From Felis catus (Eukaryota): DNA of 64,000 nucleotides. The notes under the pieces are model-generated. The model saw only the letters and a program-made list of their open reading frames with translations. It ran no database searches and was not told where the DNA came from. The stretch lies in assembly GCF_018350175.1 (NCBI RefSeq), contig NC_058382.1:58344001-58408000 (forward strand), in the 5' to 3' direction. The translations under genes were made by a program, and so were the position numbers. Positions 60,756 through 64,000 of this stretch are shown one piece after another (within the stretch, counting starts at the first letter, position 1; each line of letters opens with the position of its first letter).

Positions 60756-62559
60756 AAAAAGGTGGAGGAGAGAGACAAAGCAAATGACGGGAAACGTGGA
60801 TAGTTGTCGAAGTTACGTGGATGCTCATCAGGCTGTCCTCTCCACTTGAGTGTGTGTTTGCCACTTTCCAAAGAGAAGCACCTGACGGGCTTAGTCGGTG
60901 GAGCTTATGACTCTTGATCTCGGGGTCGTGAGCTAGAGCTCCACACTGGGTGTAGAAATCACTTAAACACATCTTTAAGAAAAGAAAAAAGAAAATTTCC
61001 GAAAATAAAAAGATTTTGGTTTAAAAGAAAAAGAGAGAGGGGGGGGGGCCTATGTGGGCACTGTTCTTCAGGCAGCCGGGGGAGGTACCCACCCCCTGGA
61101 GCTTGGGCTTGGTGTGGGGGTGGGGTGGGATCTGGGAGCGGAGGCTCACCTTGCACCCCCACCTGGAAGCAGCCGTTACTGAAGAGAGGAGAGGAGTGGG
61201 CAGCCTTGAACCTGCAGGCCGGGGGCCCCACACCAGGCCTGTGACCAGAATCACCTGGAGCTTTGGGAAAAGGCAGGTGCTGCAGGCCAGGGGAGGCTTC
61301 CTTAGGTGTGGGCCCGGCCGGCCCCTGACACCTGTCCCCAAAGCCCTTCCTTTTCAGCCCCAAACCCCTTGGTCTGCAGAGGAAGCAGGCCTCCCGGCCC
61401 GGCCCCTCCCCTGGGGATGAGCCCAGCAACAGCTTCCTGTGCGGGACTCAGCAAGAGTCCCCAGCCCTGACAGGGTGCCTGCATGTGCCAGAGGCTCTGG
61501 GCTCTGGTGGGTGAACAAGACCGTCGAGAGCCCTGGCCCCGTGGACACTAGGGGCTGCGCACTGAGAAGGAAACTAAAATGGTAGGAGGCTGCGAAGGGT
61601 GGTGGCGGGGAGCTAACACTTTGCAGAAGGTGGCCTTTCGGGAAGCCTCTGGAGGGCATCAGGAGGAAACGCTAGCTTCGGGGATTCTGGCTTCAGGGCA
61701 GGTCCCAAGAAGGGCAGAAAAGGGAGCACAGTTATAGGACAACTTCCTCCCCCTGAAACGTCTCCTCCCCCACTGCCCTAGCCCCGCCGGCCCCTCCCGA
61801 CTTCCAGAGCTCTGAGCAAGGGTCCCTTTGCCAGTGTGGAACCGCAGCCTGTCGTGGGTTCACCGGCCATGTCGCTGAAGGTCTGTCTGTCACTAGCAGG
61901 TAAGCCCCCAGGAGGCAGGGACCAGGTCTGCTTTGCTGACGGTCACATGGTTGGCAGAGTGCAGGCACTCCACGCTTCAGGGAGAATGGGGTGTGAATGA
62001 GTGGACGAAGAATTACAAGTCCTCACAAGGGTTCTGGGGGACTAGGGGACCAGACGCGTCCCAGACGCTAGGGCCCATTCCCAAAGGGAGCCATCTGTCA
62101 AAATGCCAACCAGCGCAGTTGGCTGGGGGAGCTGTAGGGCAGAGCCCCTCTCCGAGGGTGCTGTGCCCAGATACAGGGAGGAGCTGGTCCTGTCTCTGTG
62201 ACCTGGTCACTTGGGGCCCTTCTCAGCTGTCACAGAGGGGCTGCATGGAGGAGGGTGACAGTCCCCATCTGGGCTGCATCAGGAGATGGGGCCAGAGGCC
62301 ACGGAGAGGAGGGGAGGTGTGGTTGTTCCGGAACTTTCTGGGCCTAGACGGACATCAGGCAGGCCCGAGTCTCAGCGGGGACCGAGGGTGGGCTGCGATC
62401 TGGGACGATCGCGGGACAGCCCGTGATACGGCACAGGGTTGGGGTGGGGGGGCCGTGGTCCTGCAGTCTGGCCTCCTAGCAGACCCCACATGGGTCTGAG
62501 AAGCTTGGGTCTTCCTGGTCACTGTGACGCAACCACCCTGTACCCTGGGAGCACCACCG

Positions 62560-62758
62560 AGTCACGGGTGGCTTGGAGGGATGTGGGTCATCTGACAATG
62601 GCAAGTCCCCATCAGGTGACAGCAGCCCCAGCCTGTGCCCGAGAACCACCTGGCCGAGCCCACGCATCCCACAGAACTGGGAGGAAATAGAACACAGTCG
62701 TCGTTTCAAGCCACTTAGCTTTGGGGCATTTGTTACACGGCAACAGATTGCTGAGACA
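62560..62758 (+). mobile_element. Old MaLR LTR 3' part (MLT1H/J-like)
   Basis: GTTTCAAGCCACTTAGCTTTGGGGCATTTGTTACACGGCAACAGA. Confidence 0.7.
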
Positions 62759-64000
62759 AGCTTCTCTGGAGTGCCAAGCATAGATGTGATCTGAGTTAAT
62801 GCTTTGTTTAAGCTTGGCCTTAGTTTGCTGCAGTCAGATTTATGAATTATTCCGCAGGTCCAAAAAAGCACAGAGCATGAGAAAACGTGCACCTACAACT
62901 TGCTATATTTGCTCGGGTTTCTGTTGTTGCCGTGACAGACACTCGAAGCTCTGTGTGTCCCCCTCCCCAATCTCACCCCCTTCCCGGCCTGTCCTCCTGG
63001 CTGCGAGGCTGACCGTCCTGCTGTGCCCTGCTGGATACCTGTGCACTCACAGCCGGTCTGCAGTTGCCTGGGTTTGCCTCTGGGGGCGCCGTGCCAGCCA
63101 TTTTACAGATGCGGAAATGGGGCTCGGAGAGGTGGACCGAGGCTGCCGGGCTGGAGAGGGGCAGGGCTGGCCTCTCTCGCCAGGACCCCCCAGCACGGGG
63201 TGAGTGGCAGGTGGCTCCTTCTTTCCGGGGGAGCTTTGGTGTGCGTGCGTGTGCTCGCACGGTGCTGCGGGATGTTGGGAACGTGGGCCATGGGACTGGG
63301 GATTGGGGATTGGGGATGGGGCGCCTGGAGTTTATTCCCCGAGGGTGGACGGGAGCGGCCCTGGCGAGGCCACGGCCGGGGCCGGGGGCCGGGTACACGG
63401 GACTGGTTGTGCCACCCTCTCCCTTTTTAAATCACAATTTTTCCTTTGTATTCATTTCATATATTAAGCGAAATGCAGATAAATGCGTTCTCCTTCACAC
63501 AGGACACAGTAAGTGTTCTAGATATAAATAAACACTGGCTGGAAACACTCTTGCCAATGTGAGTCTTACAATGATAATTCAGTTTTCTTCAAATGTCTCC
63601 ACATATATGTTTGAAAATTCCCTAAGTAAAAGTTACAAAAGAAACACAGGCCCTGGGGAGACAGGCCCCAGGAGACGGGGACTAACTAGGTGGCTGCACG
63701 GGGGGACGGTCTGTGCTGGGCTGTCTGCCCCAGAGGGTCCCTCCCCGAGAGCCTTTGCTGCTCTGAGGTCATCAGCAGGGCCACAGGGGCTCAACCCCAC
63801 CCTGGGGGAGGCTGAGACGCCCCCTCTTCACGCCCCAGGCTGGGTCTGGCTCCCTCCTCAACGCTCCTCAAATGCCCAGGGCCCTCCAACGTCCATGACC
63901 ACGCTGTCCCAGCAGTTTTGTGCCCCTGGGGGATGGTGTGAGGGCTTGGCTGGGGGCCGGCAGCAGTGAACGAGTCTCATCCCTGCGTCCTGGTCAGCAC

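Noticed and set aside
58050..64000. Next syntenic gene (EMC8) or any other coding exons
   Set aside because: No recognisable coding exon; the region is repeats and GC-rich intergenic DNA.

Overview
Mammalian genomic DNA from a feliform carnivore, most likely a felid, judged from about 40 SINEC_Fc-type CAN-SINEs. The gene order matches the human 16q24.1 block as I recall it. Left to right: (1) the terminal 3' UTR and poly(A) signal of a plus-strand gene, probably GSE1 by synteny only; (2) the complete minus-strand GINS2 (PSF2) gene, 5 coding exons of 90+115+100+127+126 nt giving 185 aa, with a CpG-island E2F/NF-Y promoter; (3) the complete minus-strand C16orf74 (CLMB/calcimembrin, MICT1) microprotein gene, with a non-coding first exon in a CpG island near 57.3 kb and 3 coding exons of 28+144+59 nt giving 76 aa. 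The rest is introns and intergenic DNA rich in SINE, L1, MIR, MaLR/MER21 LTR and hAT MITE relics. Notable structures: a 37-codon uORF in C16orf74 exon 1, a possible CRE/CCAAT internal promoter in C16orf74 intron 2, a 1.3-kb minisatellite amplified from inside a SINE tail, a G-rich VNTR with higher-order periodicity in GINS2 intron 1, an in-frame retainable last intron in GINS2, and several nested insertions with readable target-site duplications. I see no evidence for a wholly new protein-coding system. Nearly all ORFs in the track are GC-rich or repeat artefacts. Exon boundaries were checked base by base; repeat boundaries and subfamily names are by-eye estimates.
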